Below the pieces are notes generated by a model. It was given only the letters and a program-made list of their open reading frames with translations. It made no database searches and was not told the origin of the DNA. From Octopus bimaculoides (lineage: Eukaryota): a DNA stretch of 64,000 bases. The stretch spans positions 114,241,322 to 114,305,321 of the forward strand of contig NC_068984.1 in the NCBI RefSeq assembly GCF_001194135.2, written 5' to 3'. Both the position numbers and the translations under genes were made by a program. Shown in pieces: positions 11,956 through 26,158 of the stretch (its first letter is position 1; every line of letters begins with the position of its first letter).

Positions 11956-13959
11956 GTACCATTAAACCACACAGCCATGCCCACAAATACACACACACAC
12001 ATTCTAACAAGAATTTTTAGAGTTATAGACTGAAGCAAGCCAGAAACAAGCTTTCATTTTAAATGAATGTACAGCCTAATTACATCTGCCTAGGGTAGTA
12101 TTTCAAGGCTATGAAAGGATTAAGTATTCATCTTAGATATTTATATATAGCTTGTGGGAACAAAATATTTACAATTAGATCTTGTCATTGTACCAACCAA
12201 CAATCTGTCCAAAGAGATGTAGTACCTGCTTCTAGACAAGCAAAGTTGTGCCTTTCTTACAAGGAACAACCAAATGCAGGAATATCTTATCACTTCAGGA
12301 TTAGCAATCCAGCATTTTTACTATATTAGAAATTTCCTCCCAAAATTGTGGAATTCAGAGCAACTTCTTTAAAGCTATTGTACCTTGCATATTCAACAAG
12401 TAATAAATTGTACCTTTAAGCAGGTTACCTAAAAATGAGGAAACATTTTGGAGGGATTGCAGCACTTTCAAACCCTATGCTATTAAATATGCATAATTTC
12501 TTCCAAGTCATCTATCTACCAAGAAATACAGCATCATGTTAACACTGTGCTCCTGAAAATCTTGTTGAATTCCAAAACATATTTGCAACTGAGATCCATG
12601 TAATATGGAAGGAAACCAATAGAAAATTGGTTTCAAATCAAGGAAAGACAAGAACTCAATGTTTCCGTAATGCAGAATGTATATGCCTAGGGAGAATTGT
12701 GACTGTTTAACTGAAAATCTATTGGTTGTACATGAAAATTTTAACATAATAATCTGTATATAAATCATGGTATGATTTAAAAGTGCAGCAAAAACATTAA
12801 AATGATACTCTGTCATGACAGATCGATGGCAAAATACAAATATTGAACTTAGCTTTTTTAGTTGTTCAAAGATAACCAGGTTCAACAGTATTAAAACAAA
12901 ATTGAAAGGTAAAAGTACATCCTATACTTGCAGTTGTAACCCCGAAATACAGGATTTCAAAATAAAAAAAAAAACATGCGTGTATATGTTTTAACAAATT
13001 ACATTAAATTAAGCATCTCATTAGCTTCAACCCCTGCCAGCATGGAAAGTGGACATTAAACGACGATGATGATGAGATTCATAAATGAAGTAAATTTTAA
13101 ATTTGAACTATTTTTAATTAGCTTCTCAATGGATCTCATAAGGTCATACAAGAAAGGCGTCATATCAAAAACCTGGCATAGCAGTAACATCACTGTTTAG
13201 AATGTTACTGCTACAAAAGCAAAGGCGGTGCATTTGAGAGGAAATTACAGAGACAGGAAATTGTTGGACTAGGTTACGAAATTTACAAGAGTCACTGCAA
13301 AATTGATTAAAAGATATTTTAACCTAGAGTTGATGCAGTTTGGAAATGTGCCAGGAAGAGCTATTATCGATGCTATATTCCTCATGAGACAATTGCAGAA
13401 GTAGTTAGCTTGGAGTAAACCCCCATGCTTAATATTCACCAGTCTAAAGAAAGCTTTGGTTAGGTCCTTCTCTGTGATCTGATGGCTGCTAAAGCTGAGA
13501 GTTGATGAATGACTTCTGAGGGTCGTACAAGTTATGCAGAGGTGCAATCAGTAAAAAAAATTTAGCACACAGGTAAGGGTATATCAGGGCTCAGTTCTAA
13601 GCATTCTACACCTCTTTATTTTATTTTATCTCCATGCTTTCCAAGACCATCTGTCTGTAGGAACACTTAGTTCTTACAGTGGATTCTGCAGATTTGATAG
13701 AGATTCCAGACATAGAAGCTAAACCTTGAATTGAAAGGCCTTTAAGTAAACTTAAAGACTAAACTTTTAGGAAGACAAGATCCTGCTACCATCAGGGAAA
13801 TGAATGTGTTCAGTATGCAAAAACAGGAGGTAGAAAATCTAGTAGCTCTGCCCAATGGATGTACAACACATAGGATCATAGGAAGGCTAACAAAGGCAGA
13901 CTTCATAATATTGCAGGTGCCCAAGGGTAATAAACACTAAGAGTACAAGGAAAACAGAT

Positions 13960-14330
13960 TCTCTCAAATTCACCTATACGATAAAATTAGGTGGGTATTC
14001 TGAAAACAGTTAACAAGAGTAAAAACCGGTTGGAAAAAGTTCCGAGTTATCTCTATTGGTTAACAAAAGATTTCTTCTTCAATGAACAGGTAACCTAATA
14101 CAAGACCAGGATGATTGGCAACATGTGGTATTGGAGAAGACCTGACAGCCTGTGCAAAAATGGTGAAACATTGAAATGTGACAGAGATGGCGGTTGGGAT
14201 ATTTAATATATAAACACCTGGGTCTTTTAGTTATTTTGTATGTGCTAAGTCTCTTTCCACCCACTAACCACTTGCCTATATGACACCTTCTCATCTCCCA
14301 TTCAGTTTATTTATCATGCCACTCACCCAA
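13960..14330 (+). mobile_element. Decayed RTE-clade LINE 3' coding fragment
   Basis: CAAGAGTAAAAACCGGTTGGAAAAAGTTCCGAG reads as the RTE motif (A)RV(R)xGWKKFRE. The same motif occurs at 15660-15830 (minus) and 62320-62545 (plus). Confidence 0.5.
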
Positions 14331-15659
14331 GTAATGAGAGTAAACAGGTAAATCTGTCCACTACCAATATCTCTCTCTCAAACCTCCTCCTTCCCATTAG
14401 AATGCCTAAAAATCTGCTGGTATCCAATACATTCCCTCAAGCCACTCCTAACAATATCCATCTCTCACACTCTCTCTCTTTACCAGCTAACACTGTTCCA
14501 AACTGGTAGCCACTACTTGTTCTCTCTGTGAAGTCACTCATTACACTTTCTTACCACTAGCTATGCCTTCAACTATCCACCCCTCTCTCTCTCACACACA
14601 CAAGCTAACATGTAGCTACCTTCAGTATTTCTCTTTAATTACTGCCTCTCTTATTTCTTTATTACTCCTAGCAATTATCTCTCCTTTCTTCTTCCTCTTT
14701 TTTCAGTCTCTTCCCAATCAATGTTTCCCTCTCACACTCATCCTACTTCAAATTTTGCAATCACCCAATCTTCTACCAATTCTATTGATCACATTGCCCT
14801 CAACAGAGAATGCATGAAGTAATGAAGACATGTCAATCTTGCAGGATATGAGGCAATCTCATTAGTATTTTCGCCATGATAAAATGCATCCAGACCACTT
14901 TGTAAAACAGTTGCTGCCAGGAAGAGTATACAAACCATGCCAAAATAAAATTTACAAGTAAGACATGGTCCCAGGCCTGTCTAGAAAGTCAGTTACTCTG
15001 AACGAGAATTGACTCAGATTGTAACAACCCAAGCAAGCACTGAAAGCAGATGTAAAATGATGAAAATGAAACTTAGCATATTAGATGTAAAATTGTTACA
15101 AATAATACTATATATTATACAAAATAGCTAAGCAAATAGGCTTAAATTCAATCAAGGTTATAAAAATGAAAAATTCAAACAAAATGGAGATTGGACAATA
15201 TAAAAAAGCTCTAAGCCAGCAAAACAAATCAAAAATGTCAAGACAGGATCTAAAAGCTATATTCTAAATGTACAATTGACATGAAAATGCACATGATTAC
15301 AATTCCTCTTCTAACTATTAACTTCTAAAAAAGATTAATGATGTAGACTCAGAAAAACAGCTAAGAACCAATAAAAAATCAACCTAAGTATCAAACATTA
15401 TTTTAATGTCCACTTTCCCGTGCTTGCATGGGTCAACTGGAATTTGTTGAGGTAGATTTTTCTATAGCCAAAAGCCCTTCCTCTCACCAGCCCCCTTCTC
15501 ATTTCCAAGTAAAGTAATAATTCTCCATGACCAGACGCAATTTCTTTTATAACAAGTTTTTCTCTCAGCTCATTTGCACTGTTGTTCATGCACACTTAAC
15601 TCATACATCCAGCAGAATATACTTGCTTTGTTTCTTTCTAGCCTTTACACACACACACA

Positions 15660-15830
15660 CACACACATCCCACACTGCATTCAACATCATTTAGCTACAA
15701 TGAAGTAGTAACTTTCATCCACAAGCATCATACAATCTGCTCTTTACTTGGAGAGAGAATTTCTTTGTTACCATCAGATAGAGTAGCTCCCTGAACTTTT
15801 TCTATCTTTTCTTTACTCATCTAGCCAAAG
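15660..15830 (-). mobile_element. Decayed RTE-clade LINE 3' coding fragment
   Basis: Minus strand GAAAAAGTTCAGGGAGCTACTCTATCTGATGGTAACAAAG...GTAAAGAGCAGATTGTATGATGCTTGTG matches KKFRELL..L.TK...VKGRLYDACV. Confidence 0.55.
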
Positions 15831-18800
15831 TTACCATCTATTTCACTTCTTGTGCACAGCACACTTCTACAAGCCACAGCTCTATTATTTTGTCACTAAA
15901 AGACAGATGGTGATCATTTGATGACTGTCAAGGGGTAATTACACATTGCCACTTGAACATTCTACTAAAAAGTATACTAATGAGTACAGTACCAACATGG
16001 TTAGTGTCATTAGGGCTTTTTTAAATTTTTTTTATCATTGCACGTGATTGTCAAGATTTTATTGAATGAATGTCCAACCACTTTACAACCTGGACTAGGT
16101 GCATTCTCTTCTATATTGCCAGTTTATATTCAGAATTACTGCTCTTCTAGATGGGTTGCCTTCACTGCAGCTAGTGAAATACATGTATCCCCACATGCAG
16201 AATTTTATTAGAGTTACTGCTTTCCTAGTCAAGTTGCTTTCAACTATGGCATTTAAACGGAGTTATACCTTATCAGTCACTAAAGCTCCCTCAACCTCAC
16301 AAAATTTTCCTGTCTAGAATTCAAAATCTTTACATTAGTTTCGATGCATTTTAACAAGAGAGATTATGGTTTTATAAGCCTATTCTGGTTACCTCCTCTT
16401 AGCTCTTTGGTTTTATCGTCCACTCACACTTTTTCAGGCAGCATACTTCATTGATGTAGGTCAAATCTTCATTTAAGTGCAGCCATCTTTTGAATATGTC
16501 ATAAATACATTTGATACTAACAGGCTTTCTTCATTCATCTGCACTCAATTTGTGTTGCACATTGAAAAAATATCTGACAATTTTGAAAAAAAAAATTAGT
16601 CGACTAAGTTCTACTGCACTATTTTTGATAACCTACTTGATACCAAAAGATGTAACAATTCTGGTTATCTGATATACATATTTTACACACATAAAATTTT
16701 CTATTCTTCACCATACAAGTGGTGGGGGGTAGAGAATAGTTGTAACCTAGGATCAAGATAGAAAAAAAAAACATTTGAAAATGATGCTTATATCATACAA
16801 TATTTATGCTAATAACTATAATATAACAATTGCTAGCATAAATTACTTTAACAATAAATGCAGATACAACAAGTAAATCAAGTTACTACTATTCTAGCAT
16901 AATTTCTGTCATATATTCAATCTGGTCTTGAGATGAGAAGACATCATTTGTACTCTCAAGTTTCCAGTCAGTCAATATTGAAGGTAATATCAAAGTCCAC
17001 CTAATTAATCTTTATGAAGAGACACGAGATCAATGCTGTTGAAGCATCTATTGTAAAGTGAAATAAATATTCCTAATAACTATACAGCATTTATATAGAC
17101 TCAGTTAATAGCATTAATAACACTGAGTTTGATAATCATACCAGTTTCTAAGCAAAGCATGTTTTACTCCATGGCCAGACACATTTTCACAGAATGTTGG
17201 AAATGAATGACATGGCTTGTATGACTGATACTCATTTACATCTATCATACAATGTGAAGACAAGGACACACACACACACAATATACTTTTTTCAGTTTTT
17301 GTTCATCAAATTCACTCACAAAGTTTTGATTGATCCAGTGCTATAATAGAAGAATCAAGGTGCTTTCTAACCACACTGCCATGCCAGTAGCACCAATTAT
17401 TAAACAAAAACATTTTGAAGAAGAAATAAAAACCAGACAACTCCTTAAAATGTGTAACTTATCTGACATCAACCCACCTCTAGTTCCATGATCCAAAAAG
17501 TTTTTGTTATATTAACGATTCACATTTCAATAAAAGCCCTCCATCATAATTACTCTCCTTTTGTTACCAAAATTATGCGCTCAGATTATTTCTATGTAGG
17601 CTTAAGAAGTATGTTAATTTGTTTAAATGACACTGACGGGTTAGGGTATATGTATACCAGAAAAAGAAGCTCTGAAAGGAAATAGTTTTGGTTAACTTTA
17701 TACTAGTTATTGGATAGGAACTTCATTTAAATTCATCAACATGAGAGATATTAAATGGAAGAGATAAATTAACTGAACATTTTAAACAAAAAAACTATCA
17801 ATAACTCTTAAGAAAAAAAACCCAGTTACTAAACACAAGCATATTTTTGACAGCATGCAGTAAATACACAGAAAAAAAGAAAAAGGGAAGGGCAACTAAT
17901 TGAGAGCTTTCTTTGAAAAGAGGTCATAAGACTCCAATCACTGTCCTGATACCAAAACACTATTCTCTGCTCTTGAAATACAAAGCATTTCTCCCACTCA
18001 GCACTAAATGAATAAAATTTCAAAATAGGGACTAAATTACATCAAACAATACTACTGCTGGAATGAAATTAAACAAAAATTACTATATATGAAAAAGACT
18101 GATTTTAAAAGTTGTTAGAAATTAAAATGTGCAAGATACCGAGAAACATCTAGTACCAACAATCATAGAAAGCACCACATAGAAGAATCCTAAATGTCAG
18201 TTGAGTTTGAACGATGCAATGTCCTCTAACCACAAATATCTGTGAAAAGGGTGATCAGCACTCATACCTCACTCGTTAAATTAACATCAGTGAGGCAACA
18301 ACAAAATTTTGGATACATGGTAAATCAATAAACAAAATAGAGACCACATCACCGACAACAACATTTTAACATTTACTTTTCCATGCTTGCATGGGTTAGA
18401 TAAGATTACATTGAGGAAGAGTGTTCTACAACCAGATATATACCACAACAACAACCCTCACTCATTTCCAAGCAAGCCAATTAATCCCCTAGTCTATTGA
18501 ACAATGTACAGCCCAGACATAGTTATATGGAGAACTAGAAACAAGTGATACTGAACATACCTCTTATTTACAAAGATCAAACCAACACAACAAACCCAGA
18601 TGTGCTTTTGCAGTGGACTGCAAACAACACTACCTGTATGAACAGTGATACTTTTGTTTACAATCAGTAAACACACAAAAATGAGGGAAGGAAAATAAAT
18701 ATGAACTTATTCAAACACTTGCATGTGTGCACATACAGATACACATATATATGTATATGAGGAGCTTCTTCAATTTCCATCTACTGATTTCACTCACACT

Positions 18801-19132
18801 GATCAACACATGGCTTTAGGACACCAGCTGGCAGTGTCCATGCAGAGAGACTGAACCCATAACTACATCATTCTGAAGTAAACCTCTTAACCACACAGCC
18901 AACCTGTTAGCAAAGCAAATAGGCTAATATTTCACAGAGATATCAAAATCTATAAGAGCCCATATTCAAATCTCAAAAATAATTTTTATATGTTAAGAGG
19001 TTAAAAAACAAAAGATGTGTGGAGTTTAGTTCATGACCACATTGACCTTATTTTGATATCAAACAACCAACAAAATTATTTGAGACAACACCCTAGAATA
19101 TATAGCTTCTTCAGATTCTTTTCTCCCACATT

Positions 19133-19452
19133 TTGAGCGTGGCCGTTGCCAGTACCGCTTGACTGGCTCCCGTAGGATTTTCGAGCGAGATCGTTGCCAG
19201 TGCCCCTGGACTGGCTTGTGCAGGTGGCACATAAAAGACACCATTTCGAGCGTGGCCGTTTTCGTGTGGGTGACACGTAAAAGCACCCACTACACTCTCT
19301 GAGTGGTTGGCGTTAGGAAGGGCATCCAGCTGTAGAAATTCTGCCAAATTAGATTGGAGCCTGGTGTTGCCATCCGGTTTCACCAGTCCTCAGTCAAATC
19401 GTCCAACCCATGCTAGCATGGAAAGCGGACGTTAAACGATGATGATGATGAT
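19133..19452 (+). mobile_element. Young SINE family A with internal sub-repeats
   Basis: Three GAGCG..CGTT sub-repeats, the GGTTGGCGTTAGGAAGGGCATCCAGC domain, the CCAACCCATGCTAGCATGGAAAGCGGACGTTAAAC tail and (GAT)n. CpGs are intact. Confidence 0.9.
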
Positions 19453-22400
19453 CCAAATATAAAACATATACATCATCAACATCATTGTTGTTTTGCCATC
19501 CATTTTTCCAGGTATGCATGGGTTAGACAAAATTCTAAGAGATTTTCTATAGCCAGATGCCCTTCCTCTCGCCAATCCTCACCTTGCTTCCAAGCTAAAT
19601 AACATTTCCCCAGGGTCAGGCATGTTTTGATAGATTGGAAACAAATGGCACTGCTCATTTACAACTACTGCATGATGTCAAGACAAGGGCATGCATGCAC
19701 ACGCAACCAGCTGCATTCAGTTCCCATCCACTAAACCCACACGCAAGTCTTTGGTTGACTCAGAGCTATAGAAGACACTTGCCCCCTAGTGCCATGCAGT
19801 GAGACTAAATCCAAAAACATGATTGGGAAACACACTACTTGACCACATAGCTATGACTGTGTCTGTACATACACTAAAAGCCACAAAAACAACAAAACAT
19901 TAAGAATTATTTTTTTTTTACAATTCAATGATAAAATATTTTCACTAGCATACGACGTAAACAATCTTTTTTAACTGCACTTCAAAGCCTATTTATTCTT
20001 AAAACCAATTGAATTTCTGAAATACTCATGTGAATTACATCTAATTCATGAAAGAAATAAGAATACAGAGAAAAATTACATGAAACAAAAATATACAAGA
20101 CCAAATGTTAAAATGTTTCTTCATTTTGTTTAACCTATAGACAAATGAAATCAATATAATCCTATGTTAAGCCACATTTTCAAACTTACATCATCAATTT
20201 TAATGCTTACTTTACCATGCCCACATTGGTCAGACAATATTTCTAGGCCCAGTGTACTTGTCACCAACCGTCACCTGTTTTCAAGCAATGTAATATTTCC
20301 CCATGGCCAGACATGTTTTCACATAAGATTAGAAACGTAAAACACAGCTGACACTAACATACACATGTGCTTTGACTGAACTGTGGCTATAGTAGAAAAC
20401 TCTCACCCAGGGTACCACTCAGTGAGACTGAACCCAAAACCATATAGTTGGAAAGCAAACTTCTTCCCATACAGTTAGGTCTTCTTTAAGCTATTTAGAA
20501 AAGTTTATAGTCCTATAACAAAAGTAAATATTTATGAATTACAGAACTCCAAAATAGATAGCTACCATCAAGTATATTTTGCTTTCCAGAATCCAATTTG
20601 GTCACAGGAATTATTTCATATTTATATCAAATCTTTCCAGTGTTTCTCAATAGAGCAAATGCTTTGGGAATCTAGCATCAAAATTTGTGAAACAAGAAAA
20701 AAATTTTGGAAATATGTTAGCATACTTTGCCAACATTTTCTGATAGGAGGCAACAAAAATGCTTAAGCTCTGATTGCAATGAAAGTCACTACTTTTGTTA
20801 GCATATTTCTGTTGAAATAAGTCTTCATTTCAATTAATTTTAAAAATAAATAAATCTAAAGTAACTGTCATTATTAAGCTGGTATTTGAAACAGGAAATT
20901 TTTATGAAAGGTTTTAATTTAGATCACTTTAAAACAAGTTTGTACCATAGAATCTGAGACAATGGTAGGTGGAAGGGTTAAACGGAAAAAAAATATTCTA
21001 TTCCCACTCCTGTTAGTCTTTCATCAATTCAAGAGCTAACGAGAAATTTCATAAAACCAGTAGTAAGTTGTTTGCCCAATCAATGATATATAACAGCCAG
21101 ATTCATTCTATGATTTTAGCCAAAAATTCCCAGCTATTGTACCAAACAAAGAAAAAAAAAATCACAAAGACAAGAAACAAGAATTGATTGCATAACAGAT
21201 TTTAAAATTACTCCATTGAAATATAAGATATTGGATCTATCAATATGACAGAACTCTAACTAACCACACCCAATAGTAAAAAAGAAACTAAAATTCACAA
21301 AATGTTACATATTTTTCAACATGTCAAAATGAGAAATTATAATCATGCCTACATAACAGTTACTGATTTAGGTGCAAGGATAGCAATTTTTAGGAGAGGA
21401 GGTTAGCTGACACCATCAATTCTGAAAAGATAAAAAGGTAAAGTTTATCTAGGCAGGATTTGAACTCAGCATATAAAGAGCCAAAATACTGTAAAGCATC
21501 TTTCCAGGGCTCTAACACTGCCTTGCTTACATTAATTATAATGTAATACTTGTGTAGTTTCAGGTCAGCCCCTAATCCAAGGACTACGTAAAATCCACGG
21601 AACTATATATCTGTGCCTCCACATTCCAACACGAAGTGATTCACAAGTTGCACTTTACCCATTTCTGTATAACTGCTTAGTCCCAGATTTAAAGTTGGTC
21701 TGGTGCAGTTAGAGGGGAAATTGTTGGGCATTAATCCTAATGAATTAAAGAAACATACAGAGGCTACTCCTGTACACTTCTTGTTACTGTTTATCCCCAA
21801 ATGAATTCTGATGGAACAAAATTACAGAAAAAGAAAAGATCATTGATGCCATGATCATCCTATCTTATTTTCAGAGTTAATAAATCTGAAACCACATACA
21901 AATGTCATTTCTTAAGATGATAGAGCAGCCGTGGGCAACCTGTGGCCTGCAAGGTTTTGAGGTGGAATACCTAATGAAAAATTACTATCACATTTTTTAG
22001 TAGAGCAGCCCACCAGATTATGCTCCATCTCATTAGTCCAGGTTCTCAAAAAACTTAGCCCATGCCTCTGTGGTAGAGTGTGATTTGAATGAGACATTAC
22101 CAACCATGAAGTTCCCTCATTCCATTCTAGTCTCAGCTACAGAAGTCAGGATGGACCATTTCTGTTCCTCTATACAAATCATTAATGGTAACATGGTCTG
22201 ACATTCACATTTACTAATGTAATAATAATTGTTAAATTTTAGGGTACTAGCAAGGAAAATTACATATGTAAAGCCTTACTAGAAATGTTTATTTCTTATT
22301 TTTTAATAAATGACTATTTAAAATTTACCAATTCCTCAATTCAGAAAAATGAATACTTCCTCCAAATGAAATCTAATTTCACAACCAAGATTTTAATGAT

Positions 22401-24971
22401 CGCTATCATGAAACACATATTTCACAAAGAAAGAATACTTACTAAAAGAAAACAAAATATCAACAAAACTCGAAAATAGAGAGAAAATTTTTAAAAAGCA
22501 TAAAATATCATTGGGTATGCTGCTAATAATGAAATACAAATGAAGACTTGAAATTTTGCAAAATTTTTTTTTTACAGTGATAGGAGATGAAATCAAGCTC
22601 AAATTTTCATGAGAAAAGTCTCTTGAAAGTTAATAAATAACCAAAAAAAATACACTTTTTAAACATTTTTAACTTAATAGATTGGAACAAGAGTGTTCAA
22701 GATCAAAATGCTTGAGGATCAACATTGACTTTGTTTTTTTTTCTCCCTAATGTTAGCAACTAAGCTTACAAAATTGACTGCATAAAAACTAATAACTGAA
22801 TTCTTTTAAATAGTTGAAAAAATATTTTAAACATTGCTGTTACTTATCATCCCTCAACACCTGTTTATCATTATATTCACCTCCAAATCCATTTCCCATC
22901 TCTCTCTCACCCATAGACTCTTATAACCTCTATCCACCTACAACTCTCCGTTCTCCTGTTTCTATTCCTATTCACCTCATACCTTGAGGGGCCACTCTGA
23001 TAGCTCATCACCACTACTTTATTTCTTTCTAGCTCCACCCCCACTCATTCCCACCCTCTCATGTGTGTAGCCATGTAGCTCCTCTACAGTAAAAACATTT
23101 GATCTCACCCCACTCTTCTTATACTTTAACCCCTCATCACTCAACATAAAATCACTTCCCTCTCTACTGTAGCCAAACTCAGTTGAAGGTCTTATATTTG
23201 CAAGCTGCACAACAACCTCAATAATGTTGGTACCATGAAAAGAGTACCCAGTACTTGCTGTAAATTGGTTGGCATTAGGAATCATGCAAAAGTCGACTAG
23301 AGCACAACGTAGTCTTTGGATTTATCAGATCCTAAAAAGCCATCCTACCAATGCTAGCATGGAACATAGACATTAAAAGATGATGATGCTATTAGGAAGG
23401 GAATATTGTTAAACACAAAATTGAATTAACATCATACAGTTGCTACTAAAGCAAGTTTGGGCCTCACAGAATGATTAATTTACATTAAATGAAAAGATGC
23501 ATGCTTTTAGAAAATTGAAACCATTTCTAACATACATTACATTTTCTAAATGATTTTTAATAGGCTAAATCTAACAATCTTTCAGTTGATTGATTATTCA
23601 TATCTTCCTAGATATTTTACAAGAGACAAAAATAACTTAGATTTATAGGGGAGGAAAAGGAGATCGTGTGACATTCATGTCTTGAAGGGCATTAAGAAAT
23701 ACAAGCGACATGACATTTTTAACTTGAAACTAGCTTACAATCTTTGCTTACTGAGTGATAGCATATATACAGCACAAATATTAACACTAGTTAAGACAAA
23801 GGTTTTGGTTTGAATTAATTCCTTAATCAGAATATGCTATAAAACATTAAAAGCAAAAACATACAAAATGTATGGTAAAATAAATGTTGAATGTCCAACA
23901 TGAACCAAAACTGGAGATGACTGTTCATACATTGCTCATGGACATCAATATTCTTAAGAAGCTATAAAAAAAATTTTTCTAAAAGGTGGTTGCACACATG
24001 AAATAGCCAGATGCTAAACAGAGATGCACAATATTTAACCGCTTCCTCTCTTTCAAGAACTTAAGTATTCAACCCTTTTACCACAGAAATCAGAGCCACT
24101 CATCATTTCATAACTCTTAACTGCAGAAAGCAGTTTTATATACCAATCCATCTTTTGGTGAGGAATGTCAAATTTATTAAGGCAACATGACTTGCAGAAA
24201 ATATCAGTTCTACTTTTTGATAGATATTTATCATTACTAGAATAATCACGAAATTTAATTTCACAATTAAAAAGTTAAAGACTAGCAATGAAGACATGGA
24301 ACACGAGTTTTTATAACACATTTCAGACAATTTGGAAAGCTTGGCCATTATCAAGAAATCATGTGGTCAGGACTCTTCAATCTACATAAAAACTTTCCCC
24401 ATTTAGGAGGGTGTGAACTTTAAATAAAAACTGAAACAGTAGACAGAATGTTAAGTCCTTGTACATGACACAACCTCTCTAGAACTGATAACAGGATAAA
24501 AACACATCCAGGCTACACTGTAAGATGTACATGACACCACTGTTCATCAGTTTTTTCAACTGTAGTGTTCAAGATATGAACTGAGATGACTTGAGCAACT
24601 CATGCCAACACAGAAAAACAAATGAACTTAAAAAAATGATGGCAAGCATTTTTAACCCTTTTGTTACCATATATATCTCTTGAAGAATTTAGTAAAATAA
24701 CTCATTATTATGCTGGTGTTTGGAACATAAATTTTAATGAAAAGTTTTAAATCACTTTGAAACAGGAACTAAGAATGGCCATGAAAGGAATGAATGCAAA
24801 AAAAAAAAAGAAAAGAATTGTTGCCCAGTTCTTATCTCTATAAATTCTAAATATTGCAACCTTCTTCATATTCTTATTTAGGGGCATACATTTACCAACA
24901 GCTTAATTAATATCTAGTGCACTAGCTTAAATTCTAAAATACATCAATAGCTACTCTGTTGAGAACATCTA

Positions 24972-25008
<37 letters not shown>

Positions 25009-25014
25009 TAGTTT

Positions 25015-25395
25015 TTACTCTAATGTCCACTTCCCCATGGAATTTGTCAAGGCATATTATCTTCAGTCAGATCTCTTCCTGTCACCACCCATCACCTGTT
25101 TCCAAGTAAGGCTATAGTTCCCTATGACCGGATGTATTCACAGTATATTGGAAATGAAGGACACTGCTTGCATGACAGTCACACTCATTTACAGCTATCA
25201 TATAATGTGAAGGCAAAGAAACAGTAACTCACACAACAGGTTTCTTTTAGTTTCTATCAAATCCACTCATAAGGCTTTAAGTCAGCCTACAGTACCACAC
25301 AGTGGGACTGAAAACACTTGCCCAAGGTGCCAGATAGTGAGCCTGAACCTAGAACCATGTGGTTGAGAAGTAAACTTCTTACCACACAGCCACAC
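25015..25395 (-). mobile_element. Family D composite SINE
   Basis: Full modular structure; forms an inverted pair with 25808-26158. Confidence 0.75.
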
Positions 25396-25807
25396 TTGAC
25401 AGCTATATCAGAAATTCAAGAGAAACTAAACATTGCAATATTTGTTATTTAGTGTGAAGCCAGCCTTGATCAAAGGTACTCCAATAACCATCCTTGTTTT
25501 AAAACAGTAGAACGTAATAGATTGTGGCAAATTTGATGGCTATTTCTTGCAAATCCAGCAGCAGTCTATCTAGTGCTGGCTTCTAGATCATACAAATGTT
25601 TACTAAAACCAACTGCAAATATCTTTTTTTACAGTTTTGTCACAAATGATCATGATTGTCAAACCGGATAATTACTAAAACTAATCAGCTTTAAGAAAAT
25701 TAAAATATTTCTTTGATTATTCTTAAAGTATATTTTTGCAATAATTGCAAGAATAAGGAATGATATTCCTCCCCCATCAACCAGGATTTTTCTCTCACAC
25801 ATTAATA

Positions 25808-26158
25808 GGTGCAGGCGCAGCTGCCTGATTAAGAAGTTGGTTTCCCAACACACGAGTTCAGCTTCAATTCCTTCTACAATGTATAGTTTCCCGCTCACCA
25901 AAGCCTTTTGGGTACATCTTATAGATGGAAACTAAGATCAACCATCATAGTCATATGGGTGTGTCCCCGACCCTTGAGTTGACCGCATATTTGTCGTTCA
26001 TTTCCAATCTTCCCTGAATACATGTCCAACCATGGAGGAAATATTACCTTGCATGGTAAAAAGGGAAGAGTTAGTAACAGGAAAGGCATCAGACTATAGA
26101 AAATCTGCTGAAACAAGTTTTGCATGCATGGAAAAATGGACAATATGAAGATGAAGAT
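25808..26158 (+). mobile_element. Family D composite SINE (diverged)
   Basis: Head AAGAAGTTGGTTTCCCAAC, domain GGAAAGGCATCAGACTATAGAAAATCTG, tail GCATGCATGGAAAAATGGAC and GAAGATGAAG. Confidence 0.7.

Noticed and set aside
12150-12720. Possible decayed LINE reverse-transcriptase remnant
   Set aside because: Only faint motif echoes in either orientation; the clade and strand could not be supported.
19111-19383. Repeated peptide MKPDGNTRLQSNLAEFLQLDALPNANHSESVVGAF (also 56087-56593 and 61826-62101)
   Set aside because: It is the antisense reading of the family A SINE, not a gene family.
21926-21952. hAT-like TIR CAGCCGTGGGCAACCTGTGGCC
   Set aside because: No partner TIR or TSD was found nearby, so no element can be delimited.
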